A stretch of DNA of 64,000 bases from Phoronis australis (lineage: Eukaryota; Animalia; Phoronida), in contig NMRA01000686.1 of NCBI GenBank assembly GCA_002633005.1, forward strand, positions 1-64,000, written 5' to 3'. Position numbers and translations under genes: made by a program. This document shows, piece after piece, positions 11,359 to 24,390 of this stretch (positions are counted from its first letter, which is position 1; each line of letters begins with the position of its first letter). The notes beneath the pieces are model-generated. The model was not told the origin of the DNA. It made no database searches and was given only the letters and a program-made list of their open reading frames with translations.

Positions 11359-14300
11359 CTAGAGAGATTATAGTCACGGCGTGATAATAATGGACTCTGC
11401 GCGTGCGTATTACTGGAATCGTTATGGAAAGTTATTGACAATAACATGTTTACTGATATGAAAAGGAATTCTTTGAAATTGTAGGAGAAATTACATCTTA
11501 ATAATTTGAAGACCTTTGCACTTATTGACCCCTTCTGGTGAATTATGAGCTCTGACGAGGGAATAAGTGTAAACTCGATTAAAAGTGTGGTTAATGCTAA
11601 GAATCACAGATGTCTTACTTAAAGCACTTTAGAATACAAGATGAAGGAATTGGTCAAATTTTCAGAAGAAAAATGCACCTTATGACACCGTGGGTGCACC
11701 AAAAGACCTGAAAATTTAGAATTCAACTCAATCGCATTTACTTAACAGATATGTAATTTTAAAGTCTCTGGCTAAAAATTTTAGTTTGCACTCAATGACC
11801 TTCGACCTATTTTTTTCTGATTGGTTGGGTCTATTGCGTAGAAAAATAGGGTGATCGATTGGCATATTGTCTTACACCAGTGTGCTGAAATTGTTAACAA
11901 TTCCTTAAAAAGTGTGGGAGATATAACATTTTGAACGTTAGATGACCTTTGCACTAATTGACCCTATCCGGTGCATTATAAGCGTCTTTAGAATAATTAT
12001 TGCAAAGACCGTGGAAAGTGTCCTTAATGATGAGAATTACAGTGGTCTGACAGTTGACATATCAGAATACTTGGTGAATGAAAAGGACAAATTTTCAGAA
12101 GAAAAATGCACCTAATGACCCCATAGTTGCACTAAATGACCTGAAACTTCGTATGCCAAATTTAATTAGACATACCAATCAGACTTGTGAATTCGAAGTG
12201 TCTAGCTCAAAATTTTAGTTTCCACTCATTGACCTTTGTCCTATTTTCTCTGATTGGATGACCCTATTGCTTAATAAAGTAGGGTCTTTCATTGGCATGT
12301 AAGTTTAAACCAATGTGCTGGAATTGAAGTGAATTTCTTGAAAAATGTAGAAGAATCAAAACTTTCAAAAGTAGATGACCTTTGCACTAATTGACTGTAT
12401 CCAGTGCATTACAATTGAAAAGTATATTTAATACTGTGAATAGCAGTTGTTTTTACGGTTGACGTATTAGACTACTTGGTGAAAGAAAAGGACAAATTTT
12501 CAGAAGAAAAATGCACCTAGTAACCCCATGAATGCACTGAATGACCTGAAACTTCGTATTTCAAATTGAATTAAGCGTACCAATCAGACTTGTGAATTTG
12601 AAGTGTCTACCTCAATATTTTAGTTTGCACTCAATGACCTTTGACCTATTTTTTCTGATTGATTGGACCGGTTGTGTTGGAAAGTAGGTTGTTCAATTGG
12701 CATGGTTGACTTACCCCAATGGTTTGAAATTGAAAAGACTTCCTTGAAAAACGTGAGGTATAACATTTTGAACGTAATGTGACCTTTTTCACTAATTGAC
12801 CCTACCCGGTGCATTTTAAGCATCTTGAGGAGAATTATTGCAAAGCCCATGGAAAATGTGCTTAATGCTGAGAATCACAGTTGTCTAACGTTTGACACTT
12901 CTGAATACTTTCTGATTGAAAAGGTCAAATTTTCAGAAGAAAATTGCACCTAATGACCCCATGTTTGCACTAAATGACCTGAAACTTTGGATTCCGATTT
13001 GATTTACCTTTGGTAATCAAACCTGTCAATTTGAAGTGTCTAGCTCAAAATTTTAGTTTGCACCTAATGACCTTTGACCTATTCACCTGATTGGATGACC
13101 CCATTAGTTAGAAAAATATTTTTTAAATTGTAATGTTGACTTATACCTGTGCACCGAGCTAGATAGCTTTAAAACTGAATGAGGGGTAGCATTTTGAAAA
13201 ATATATAACCTTTGCACCAAACGACCACTTCCGGTGCAATATAGAATATGATTATATAACCAATCAAAATTTATATACTGTCAAAAGTCATATGCTGAAT
13301 TTAAAGACCGTACCTGCACCCAATTTGGCGTTATTAAGCCTCAAAGTTGGTCCGAAGAAGAATAAGAAGAACTAGAAAGATTATTGTCACAGCGTGACAA
13401 TAACGGACTCTGTGCGTGCGTATTACTGGAATTAATATGGAAAGTTACTGACAGCAACCCGTTTACCAATATGAAAAGGAGTTCTTTAAAATTGTAGGAG
13501 AAATTACACATTAATTTTTTGGTGACCTTTCCTCTAATTGACCTCTTCCGGTGCATTATGAGCCCCGATGAGGGAGTAAATGTTAACTCGATTAAAAGTG
13601 TGGTTAATACTAATAATCACTGATGTTTTACTTTGGAAAATGTGTTTAACACTGCGAATCACAGTTGTCTTACGGTTGACACATCAGAATACTTGCTGAT
13701 TGAAAAGGTCAAATTTTCAGAAGAAAAATGCATCTATTGACCCCATGTTTGCACTAAATGACCTGACACTTTGGATTCCGATTTGATTTACCTGTGGCAA
13801 TCAGACCTGTCAATTCTTGCTCAAAATTTTAGTTTGCACCTAATGACCTTTGAGCTATTTCACCTGATTAGATGATCCGATTACTTAGAAAAGTAATTTT
13901 TCAAATGCCATTTTGACTTATACCTGTGCACCGAATTTGAAAAAGATAGCTTTAAAACTAAAGGAGGAATAGCATTTTGAAAATTATATGACCTTTGCAC
14001 TAAACGACCTCTTCCGGTGCAATATGGAATATCATTATATAACCAGTCAAAATTTATATACTGTCAAAAGTCATATGCTGAATTTGAAGACCGTACCTGC
14101 ACCCAATTTGGAGTTAATAAGCCTCAAATTTTGTCGGAAGAAGAATAAGAAGAATAAGAATATGAATAAGAACAAAATTGAAGGAGACCCTGGAACAACA
14201 GCACTCTGCGCTTACATGCGCAGAGTAACAAGAATAAAATTGAAGAAAATCCAGGAACAACAGTAGTCTGCGCTTATGTGCGCAGAGTAATAAGAATAAA

Positions 14301-15300
14301 AATAAGAATAAGAATAAAATTGAAGAAAACCCAGGAACAACAGTACTCTGCGCTTACACGCGCAGAGTAACTAGAAATATATTGTCACGGCGTGACAATA
14401 GTGGACTGTGCGCGTGCGTATTACTGGAATTGTTATGTCAAGTTATGGATCACAAGTCGTTTATCAATATGGGAATTCTTCAAAACTGTAAGAAAAGCTA
14501 CAGGTTGATGCTGTGATCACCTTTGCACTAATTGACCCCTTCCGGTACATTATGAGCCCCGATGAGGGAATAAGTGTAATCTGGACGAAAGTTGTGGTTA
14601 AAGCTCACAATCACAGATGTCTTACTTTAAACACTTTAGAACACAAGATGAATGAATTGGTCAAACTTGCAAAAGAGAAATGCACCTAATGACTCACGGT
14701 TGCACTAAATGACCTAAAACTTTGGATTTCGAATTGAATTATATGTACAAAGTAAACTTGCGAATTTGAAGTGTATAGCTCAAAATTTTAGTTTGCACCT
14801 AATGACTTTGACCTGTTTCATCTGATTGGACGACTCAGTCACTTAGAAAAGTATTTTTTAAATTGTGTTGTTGGCTTATCCCTGTGCACCTAATTTGAAA
14901 AAGACAGCTTTAAAACTTAAGGAGTTGCATTTTAAAAATTATATGACCTTTGCACCCAACAACCCCTTCCTGTGAAATATGGAATATGATTATATAACGA
15001 ATCAAAATCTGTATACTGTCAAAATTCATATGCTAAATTTAAAGAACATACATGTACCTGCACCCATTCTGAAGTTATTAAGCCTCGAAGTTAGTCGGAA
15101 GAATAATAATAAGAAGAAGAAAACTTAAGAAAACCCAGGAACAACAGTACTCTGCGCTTGCACGAGCAGAGTAAGAATATGAAGATACAATACGTAGAAC
15201 ACTAAAACTCTGAGCTTGATCGCGCAGAGTAATAAGAATAAGAAGATAAAATACGTAGAACAACAAAACTCTGCGGTTGAACACGCAGAGTAATAAGAAG
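11359..15300 (-). mobile_element. Head-to-tail array of Helentron/HINE-like elements (units start at 11359, 13372 and 14371) with tandem hairpin modules
   Basis: Each unit begins (on +) with A|CTAGA.A.AT..T.GTCACGGCGTGACAATA and ends in (AAGAAT)n. CTCTGCGC....GCGCAGAG hairpins are repeated at 14190-14370 and 15140-15300. Confidence 0.72.
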
Positions 15301-15832
15301 ACTAGACTCAGCTTTCTTTGGAAACAGATGTAGAAGCCAGCCAATTCAAAATTTAATCTTGTGTCTCAGCAAGTTCCATTCATATAAGTAACGTCTCAAG
15401 GGTAAACCTCCAAATTTAATTGTATTAACAAAAGAGATTAACAGTTATTACTCCAGTGAAAAACATATTTATTCAAAAAATTTACAAATGGAAAAATTTA
15501 CAAACAGGTGGTCACAAATGCATAATTTGATAGCAATGTAAGGATATTTTATCATTCCAAAATACTCTCCCCCCTCCTTTTTTTCAGAGCCATATACAAC
15601 TATACTGTCTTGTATGTTTTTGTTTTTTTTGTTAAATGTATTTCAAAATCCGGTTCACGTATACTTTTAACTTAGTAAACTTTATTTTCATTGAATTGTA
15701 AAGTAAGGCAAGGGAACCCCAGACTTTTGTCCTTACTTATGTTGAACTGGGAGAATAAAAAAAAAAGAATAAGAAGATAAAATACGTAGAACAACAAAAC
15801 TCTGCGGTTGAACACGCAGAGTAATAAGAAGA

Positions 15833-16580
15833 CTAGAACGCAATTGCGTATATGCACTTACAACACTGCGCGTGGCGTATGCATGTGCATAGTGAAGTAT
15901 AGGGCATTACATTGCATAGAAATGGCATCCTTTGTGTTAATGCTGAGATGTCCCCGCTAACTATGAAACAGCAAGAGTGAAGAGTAAGAATATCAACGGA
16001 AAAATGCACCTTATGATCCCAAAGTTTGTGACTGAATATTGTTTACAAATGAAAACTACATAAGTGATTATGTAAGGTGTAGCTCAAAAATCACTTTTGC
16101 GCTTAATGACATTTGACCCGGAAACTCGGTACCCTTGATCCAATAAGAATTACACACAAATTTCGGATGCAGATCTTCAGTGCGTGCTTGTTATCAAAAT
16201 TCGGAGAGTCTATCTAAAAACCTGTAGGAGAAGAAGCAATTTGATGGAATGCACCCCTTGACCCATTTCGGGTCAATCCGGTGCATTTTGAGTCATATCC
16301 ATGTGACCAATAGGATTTGATCGGCAATTAGTTGAACCACCATGACTACAAATGCTCCATCTAATGCCTCATTTAAGTACAAGCTGATTGAGAATGTCTT
16401 AAATTTAACAGAAAACTGCCTTTAATGACCCCAAATTTGCACCTAGTGAACCCAGAGTTTGTAACTGAGCTTCCTTTATGAATGGTACCCATATGCATGA
16501 TTATGAAAGGTCTAAGTCAAAAATCACTTTTGCACTTAATGACCTTTGACCCGGAAACTAGGTTTCCTTAATCCGCACTA
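15833..16580 (-). mobile_element. Helentron/HINE-like element, family B, partial
   Basis: Begins CTAGAACGCAATTGCGTATATGCACTTACAACACTGCGCGTG, the reverse complement of the ends at 53560-53606 and 54990-55037. Confidence 0.65.
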
Positions 16581-17188
16581 GATCTAAATTGAAAGTTGTT
16601 CTTAGGACGGAAAGCGGTACGTGGCCAATATGACTTAAGATGTGTACAAGAGTTTTTTCACAGCGAGGATATTTGTATCATTTCAGAGAAGCCTGTTGCT
16701 AATCCGTCCTTGCAAACTTGATATATACTTGAAATACTTTTTAATTTTGCTTTCAACATCGATTTTATGTTTTTAGAATATCTTAGCTCAAAAGCTAACA
16801 TGAATTTGGCCAATTGTTTTTATAACAACCAATCAACAATTCTTTAAAATGCAAATATTAAAACATTTTCGTAGAAGTACTAAAACATTCATTTAACTTT
16901 ATTTTGGTGGAAAACGGCGATAATATTTCGATATATAATTGAGGAAACAGTGTCTTTTGTTGCGTTAATGCTCTGGCCAAACCTATCCAATTCACCAATC
17001 TCAAAATTCGTGTATCGGCTCTAACGCCAATTACTAAACCTGATCTTTACACTAGAACTTCATCACTCGTACCGCACTATATTGTAGTCCCGAAAGTTCA
17101 CCACAAGTTTATACGTGAAGTATATGCCAAGTGTTTGTCTCTTTTACTTTTTGGCATTTTGATATACAACTCTGTAAACTGTTTTCAG

Positions 17189-17310
17189 CAACTCAACGAC
17201 ACTGTCCAACTGGCTTGCGTTGCAAAGTTCGAATTATAAGATAAGGATTTATCTGAGTTTAATCCAAGAATGCCTGTCTGCATTGAATCACTTTTACGGA
17301 AAGTTGAGGG
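17189..17310 (+). CDS. Host gene exon B (phase 2 to 1)
   Basis: TTTTCAG| acceptor and GGG|GTAAGT donor. Open frame NSTTLSNWLALQSSNYKIRIYLSLIQECLSALNHFYGKLR, with phases matching exons A and C. Confidence 0.75.
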
Positions 17311-17560
17311 GTAAGTGCAGACTTTGTTTGCTAAACTCCCGTGCATGTTCAATACGGGAGACTTAAAATATGAATTTCTTACACAGAATTCCTTCCTTTA
17401 TCCACTTCCATAAATTTTTGTTCAACACCATCTATAACCATGAACATTATGATGTTCCACAACATTGAATACGATCTACACGATCTATAACCATGGACAA
17501 CATGTTGTTCAGGAACATTAACATGATCTATAAAGATTGACAACACGTTAATACTTTCAG

Positions 17561-17691
17561 AACACCTCAAAGATTCTGATATACTAGGAAGTTTTCGGAA
17601 AACCACCGAGTTGGTCAAGATCACAAAGCTCTTAGACGCCTTGCCAAATATCGTAGGAGCCTTAGCACAGGCGGCATTTGATCCAGTAAAG
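17561..17691 (+). CDS. Host gene exon C (phase 1 to 0)
   Basis: CTTTCAG| acceptor and AAG|GTAAAC donor. Reads (E)HLKDSDILGSFRKTTELVKITKLLDALPNIVGALAQAAFDPVK. Confidence 0.75.
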
Positions 17692-17760
17692 GTAAACCAC
17701 GTTCAGTCATATAATCAAGGGTTTGCATAAACTGTAGTGTTCAAACGTACAGTACATGTA

Positions 17761-18990
17761 TGTGATACGACGTAAAGTGTGACTATTTCATAAAATGTAA
17801 CAAACGTAACATTTTACGTTATGTTTACATTTCACATTGCTAAGCATCTCCTAATATGTTACAAATTGTTACATTTTACGTCAAATGCGCATGCAAGAAA
17901 TGTACAATTGCGACATTTTACGAAACCGATGTCATATCACGAAGTACCTGACCAAAATCTCGAACAAGAGGTATTTGGCACGATCATTTTGGACGAGGGA
18001 TGCCGCCCAAAAGTTCCGATACCTACACATTTAGAGAGTGGGGTTGGACAAAAATTGGCCTATTTAGAGAGTAACTTTTGTAAAAACTCACGTTTTACAA
18101 AGTTCTGTCCTAGAAATTCAGAAAAATCCCTTTAGATAATATTTAATCTACAATGGCACCACTTTGAAGAATATTTTTGCTGTGATGAAACACTCATTTG
18201 GAATAAGCTTTGCGCATGCCACTTCTATATGAATACCCTCCGGGCTGACACGACTTGAATTTGGCAATCGATATCTGTTTCATTAGCAACATTACAAATA
18301 CTGTTGTTACTACTAGTATTACTGTTATCATTATTATTGCTTCTATTAATCGTTACTACTTTTAGTATTGTAATCGTTATTGCCATCGCTATAATTATTG
18401 TTATTATTGTTATTGTCATTATCATTATTACGCTCATCATTACTATAATTGAATATGTTTAAAAATGACATAGTTAGTATTCCAAATTCCCTTTTCTGCC
18501 TACGTGTACAACCACGTGTGTTCTTGATAGTGTCACTGAAACACAGAACGTTGCACGTCGTGGAGACACCTGCCTTCACGTCAAATCCTTAGCCTTATGT
18601 ATTTGAGCTTTGGACTAACGGATATTGAAAAAATAGCCATTTAATTGATATTTTATTGTAATAGATTACTGACACAACTATAAAATCGAGCCGGCACGTT
18701 TGACAGAACCTCATTCAAACGAACCAAGAAAGAAGCCGTTAAGTGTGTGAACCGTTTTCCTGCGTGCGATAAATACCATGCTGACTCATGAAATGTGAAT
18801 CCGCTTTCGTAAAATGTAACAAAGATGATACATTTCTCGCATACATGTATGCATTAGACGTAACTTGTAACAACTACGTAAGATACAAGAACTTGTTGCA
18901 CTTTAGAAGAGGCCTAGCAACGTAAAAAATGACGTGAAATGTAGCAGTTGCTACATTTTACGAAAGTGTTACAATTTACGAGGTATCGCG
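17761..18990. mobile_element. MITE with ~43-bp imperfect TIRs filling intron C-D
   Basis: Left end TGTGATACGACGTAAAGTGTGACTATTTCATAAAATGTAACAA versus right-end reverse complement CGCGATACCTCGTAAATTGTAACACTTTCGTAAAATGTAGCAA. TA lies on both flanks, and ACATTTTACG is repeated subterminally. Confidence 0.6.
18290..18450. repeat. Degenerate (ATT/GTT) trinucleotide microsatellite
   Basis: Runs of TTA/TTG/CTA triplets. Confidence 0.7.
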
Positions 18991-19072
18991 TATCCATTTG
19001 TTAAAATTGTGGCATGGCTAGCAGATCGTTGTCTAAAATTAAAACCTCTCACGAGCCACATTGTTTTTGCAG

Positions 19073-19258
19073 CTGGAGATGCTAATACGAGAATTGATCA
19101 AAGTACCTTACCCTTGTGAATGGTCCGCGTTGTTTAGAGTTTTGGATGTAAGAGGCGTGGATTTTTCACAGTTAGTGAAAAGTATTTGCGACATTCACTT
19201 GGGCAGATTGGTCACGGAGGTGGGTTACGACGCCATGGTGTCGTTTTTGAACAAGATG
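19073..19258 (+). CDS. Host gene exon D (phase 0 to 0), two-Cys module
   Basis: TTTTTGCAG| acceptor and ATG|GTAAGT donor. Reads LEMLIRELIKVPYPCEWSALFRVLDVRGVDFSQLVKSICDIHLGRLVTEVGYDAMVSFLNKM. Confidence 0.78.
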
Positions 19259-22235
19259 GTAAGTCATGTTGGCAGGTTTTTGTTTAAATGTTTTCTCGAA
19301 TGTTCGCAGATGAGCGGCAATAAGTGTATGCGAGGGAGTGAGTGAATGAGAACCTGGCATGCGTTCTGTAACGCTATTACATAGCTAAAATCTAGCCAAA
19401 GTCACGTGTCTTTATTTAAAATGCAAGGAAGTATATCACGTAATCTCGTGAAGTATTGGTTTTTAGTGAGGTCCTAGTGTTAGTGAACGGGAGGCTGGAT
19501 TTGATGCAAAAGCGATTTCCGGGTCTGTGCTCGTACATGTATCTAGAAAAAACAAAAGTGGCAATTTCGTAGACGTTCTAATTTGTTTACCGTGTCAAAT
19601 AATACAACTACATTTGCACATGAAGAACCGTTAGGTTTACCGAAAGTCGGTGTCCTCTATTCTCGGGTGTTGTTCGTCATTTTATTTCTGATGCGTTATA
19701 ACTGCTTGGCTTACCGCAACATTCCCATCTTTGCCCTAAGATTGATACAAGGAATTTCTGTTCAAGTCTGTGCGTTAAGCTAAATACATGCAAGACTGAG
19801 GAAAGATGTGTTTTACTGTATACCACTCTGCAACCACTTGGGTAGGCGAACATGTCTTCTTATGAACATTTGACGAAAAGGAGGCAAAGTCAATGTCCAA
19901 TAATGACGCCAATAACATGACAGAATTTTGTTTGATGCCCAAGATAAAACTTTAAAAGATTTCTAAATTTATTTCTTTTTTATTTCTTCAACTTTTCGTT
20001 TTTCATTGAGATCATTAAAAAGAAGTGGGTACCTAAAATCCCAAATTAATTTTGAAGAAGATTGCATTAACACATACAATTTGGAAGTTTCGTATGTATC
20101 CGATCAGTCATTTCTGATACACTTGTGCCAAACGCAACTAATTTAACCTACCGATTGTTAAAATTATTTAGTTATTGAATATTACATATCTTTCGTTCAG
20201 AACCTTGCCAGATTATCATGTACACACGTAGAGCATGACACAAGAAGCGTGTTGTCCTTCCTTCCTGCGCTGTGATGTACATTCATAAACTAAACCCTTC
20301 CCCTGACGAACAATAGCACAATGTATGCTATGGAGTGATAATAAAGATATATTTCAGGCTGTTGTCAATACCTCTGATGAAAGGTGTATCAAATTGGATT
20401 AAAGTTTTGATCATTCCTGATCACTTCCTCCTGAGTAAAACCTCAAACTATAAACACAGAAGTGAAATTATCTAAAAACTATTGCAAAGGAAAACAGAGT
20501 AGCTTAGTGTGGTCTTAGTGGTTATTTGCTATCAGTATCCACACAAGTTGACTAGGTCTTCGTATAGCAACAATGTCAAGCATGTATTGTGAAAAATAGG
20601 CAAGTGCAACTTCAAAACACATCAACACCAATACACACAAATTCTGACATCACAGGTGAACACAAACATTGGTGCTTCTCTTAGGAAGAGTACAGCAGAA
20701 AAACAAAATCTGTCTTGACAGCAGCAAACGGGCGACCTTAGAGTATATCAGAATGTGAAATGATCCAATGACTAGAGAGAATTTGTATCGTGTTGGTACA
20801 TACAGTACACAATCAGTGTTTTCTATCTACTCCCATTACTTAGTCTACGCATCCATCTAACTCGGGCAGTTGTGCTTTTATATACATGTACTTGTAGCAT
20901 TATAGCATAAACAAATGTCAGGTACACGCCTTCAAAAAACAAACATATACAAACGTTCAACAACCACAGGTAAATGTGTGTGACAGAGGCACCCATAAGA
21001 ACAATATCACGTGATGAAAGTATGTTAAAATATCTTGCACTGACAAACACAAGAAATGTTTGAATGCAAACAGCAACAATTTTTATTTATAGCGACATGT
21101 TTCCTCAGTAAAACCTCCGCCATTATCAAGGTGTATTCAGAGTATGAATATCAAGGCAAGAGGCAAAAACCGCACAGAATTCCAATACGTGCAAAAGCTC
21201 CTGAACACGATTGGCTAGCGAATTACAAGTCGGTCAACATTCCGATTATCAATGAGTACATCCGAAAACGGAAGATGCTAGTCGTTCTCAGTCTCAATGG
21301 TGAATTTTTGTGTCTAGTATTCAAAAATTCAAAACCGAGTGAGCATCGTCTTGATTAATGAGCATACACAAAACGACGATGAGCATCATATTTAATAAAT
21401 GATTTATCTTCAGCGTGACTCACAAGCAGATTAGTCAACGCATTTTGCAACATTTCAGACTGAAATAAAATTCTCAATCTAAGTACGTTTTCAATAATTT
21501 AGACACCAATATTTAGAGTTGTTCGTGGCCAAATCTGCCAGAATGGTGCCGCACCGTGACGCCGAGACTCGGAGGAGGAGCAGGCTGCGATGCAATGTTG
21601 GGCTGAAGTGGCTCAACTTCCAGACGAGACTCTAAGCTTTTGTATCTGACAGTAGGGTTCATACATCGTTGAATCGCACGTTTAAAAATCTCATAAGCGT
21701 ACACGTTGGTTTTGCCTTCGTACTCTTTCTCGAGTAACCACTCCGCTGCTTGACTGGAGTACGTTTTGGCAAAGCGAGGAATACCTGGAAGTTTGCATTT
21801 TATCTTTTAGCATGAACAGTATACCACACTGAACCAATATGAAACAAAGCATCAAACTATTTTTCTCTCAATTCTGGGGACAATAATAACTAATGCTGTT
21901 TGGGACGACACTGCCCAGACACAAACATCACCACAAGGTGCCATAACATCGATACCGCATGGTACCTGCTTTTTGGGAGAACAAGGTGCAACCATTCATT
22001 TCTGTTGACAGGTTAAACAGAAATTCTGTCTAGCAAAGCAATCATCTGTCAAAGGAACTAGACAATCCACTGTTGTAGCATTTATGTTCAACATTCCCCT
22101 CCTCAGCAGTTTCTGAGCAGGCAGCACAATTACTTGTTTCAAGCGACCCCCTTCTTCCACGTCATTATGTGAAGCATCAAAATCAATAAGACCACATATT
22201 ACTAACAAGTTCTAAGTTAGTTCTTGGAAGATGGG

Positions 22236-23232
22236 CGTCACAGTTCTCGACTTTTTACCATTTATCAACATAGCACAATTCACTAAAATTTTACCACACT
22301 GTAGCCTATAACTGTTATTTATTTTCAAAATACCAACTCCAATTGTATACCACGTACACCTTTATATGGCCACATGTCACATGACATTGCAACACTGTCG
22401 AGTGACACCATTATTGCGTAGTGGCCAAATGGAAGGAAAACATTTGGCAAAGAAAAGAGTTTACATCTCACCGTCACGCGTGCGAGCCTGTTTCCTACAC
22501 ACAATTTCGTTGTCAAGCACAGCAAGCCTAGTGTTTTGTTGCAACAGCTACATGTATAATCTGGGCCGGGGATTCTCTCATTGTCACGTTTCCCCCGTGT
22601 TTGGGTGGGCGCAGGCTGTTGCCGACCGGTGCTAATAGCTTTTGGTGCGACGATATACTGAAGACTGGCTCGATTTAATCCTTTATTCAGCTCGACCATA
22701 CGTTCACTAGCCTACTTAAACAAAACGTCTGACGTAATGTCTGTTCTATGCTCCAGCCAGTGCTGCGAATCCTTGACTTGTGGTGAACTTTGAGATACTT
22801 CGTTGATTCAATAACCTCCTGGCTCTATAGCTGGCTCTCTATTGACTATCGCTGTAACTGCTGATTCTCTTTAGTGCGACTCAACTGTAACTCCAACAAC
22901 TTTTTTCCGATTTACTACTGGTTAAATTTCTCACAAATCTGTGCTTGTGTTTTTATAGAGTAATGCATTGTTCTAGAACTTTTCACAAGTTCAAGCACGT
23001 TCTAGAACTTTCCGATTGTACTTAATCATTCTACAAACGAACGCGTACTAATCTCTAGAATATTCTAAACTGCAATAATCACTGCCACGCTAGTCTTCTA
23101 CAAAGTTCCACACTATACTTAAGTAAACAAACTACATCATTACGGTTCTGACCTCAGTCTTCTAGAAATTTCCATACTAATCTGTAGTAAACAAATTACA
23201 TCATCAGTGTACTTAACTCAAGGGTCATGACA
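22236..23232 (-). mobile_element. Possible solo LTR remnant (Gypsy-like)
   Basis: The minus strand starts TGTCATGAC and contains repeated TTCTAGAA motifs, a TATAAAA at ~22955 and AATAAA at ~22320, ending CTGTGAC(G). No TSD or PBS was found. A related degenerate segment lies at ~26560-26960. Confidence 0.35.
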
Positions 23233-23379
23233 ATCAAAAAGAACAACAATACAAAACAATACAACCAAAAACAGTGTCAGTCTATATTTTGACACACATG
23301 AACGCACTGGCCTACTGTGTATACCCTAAATTGCATATGGTCAGCCAAAAAGGAGCTAGGAGCAACCTTTATAATCAAC

Positions 23380-24390
23380 CAGATATACATTTCGAGGTCT
23401 GTTTGAGCTCAATACACAGTGGCACCTTGGTGTAATTTGAAAATAGTCTTCATACGGCTAACTGGCTAGATAGGAAGGCTCTAGCTTCGAAACCATTTTT
23501 ACTGCGAAAGTGACAACTAATTCAAAATGATGATGGATGATGGATGATACTATAAACCGATCACAGTTCTTCCGTTTTCATGCGCCCATGATCTTAATAT
23601 CCGCTCTATGTTCAAACCATTGTTTATGTTGTTCCTAAAATAAACTTGGGTTATATTGCTGTACCAACATATTAAGAAATTGTACAGAAATAAACCGTCG
23701 TTATCTGTGGTAAAGCGCAATATACAGCGTGATGAAGTGATAATCAAGAGCAATATCGGATGAGCGCAAATGCGTGCTGCTTTTTGAGCATTCCGCGGCA
23801 TGAAAACACTTGAGGTCGTAAAACATCCAGCGTTGTATTTTGATTTTTATACAATTTTACTGTAAAATTTCAAATTTCGTGCTTGTTTTTACGCATAATG
23901 TACTGCATAAAAAGTATCATATCTAAAGTTAGAAATCATGCTTTTGCGATATCATTTAACGATTGATTTTACCACGCCGTCATTAATTCAACATAAAGAT
24001 TTAGGCTGGTGTAATGTCAGTCACGCATTTCGTATGTGAAGGTTGATTCGATTTTACCTCCTTTCAATAGTTGAACAAAAGTTAATAAACCGATGTCAAG
24101 ACCGGAGTTGCCACAAGTGAACGAACAGCGAACAGCTAAATGTTTGTTTGGCCTAAGTTCACCCGCTAAGTCATAAAATGGTAATTGCCGACCAATGACA
24201 CGCCTAATCCGAATTAGTCGTCTACGCTACGCAACCACTTAGCCGACCCAAGTGCCGACCACAGAGGCGACTCAGCAGACGGCTCCTAGCCGACCGTTGT
24301 TGGTCGGCTGCTGGTCGGCTAGACGACCGGTCGACAGCCGGTCGCCGACCAATTTCCGACCGGTCAGACAAAAATTCGTGATGTGTGCTG
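23380..24390. mobile_element. Partial copy of the CAGCACACATCACG-terminated element
   Basis: Ends GACAAAAATTCGTGATGTGTGCTG|TA. Segments 24290-24390 and 23390-23560 are reverse-complement matches to 56307-56590. The other terminus was not found. Confidence 0.6.

Noticed and set aside
21480-22220. Possible gag or other coding remnant next to the LTR-like segment
   Set aside because: No recognisable motif or PBS.
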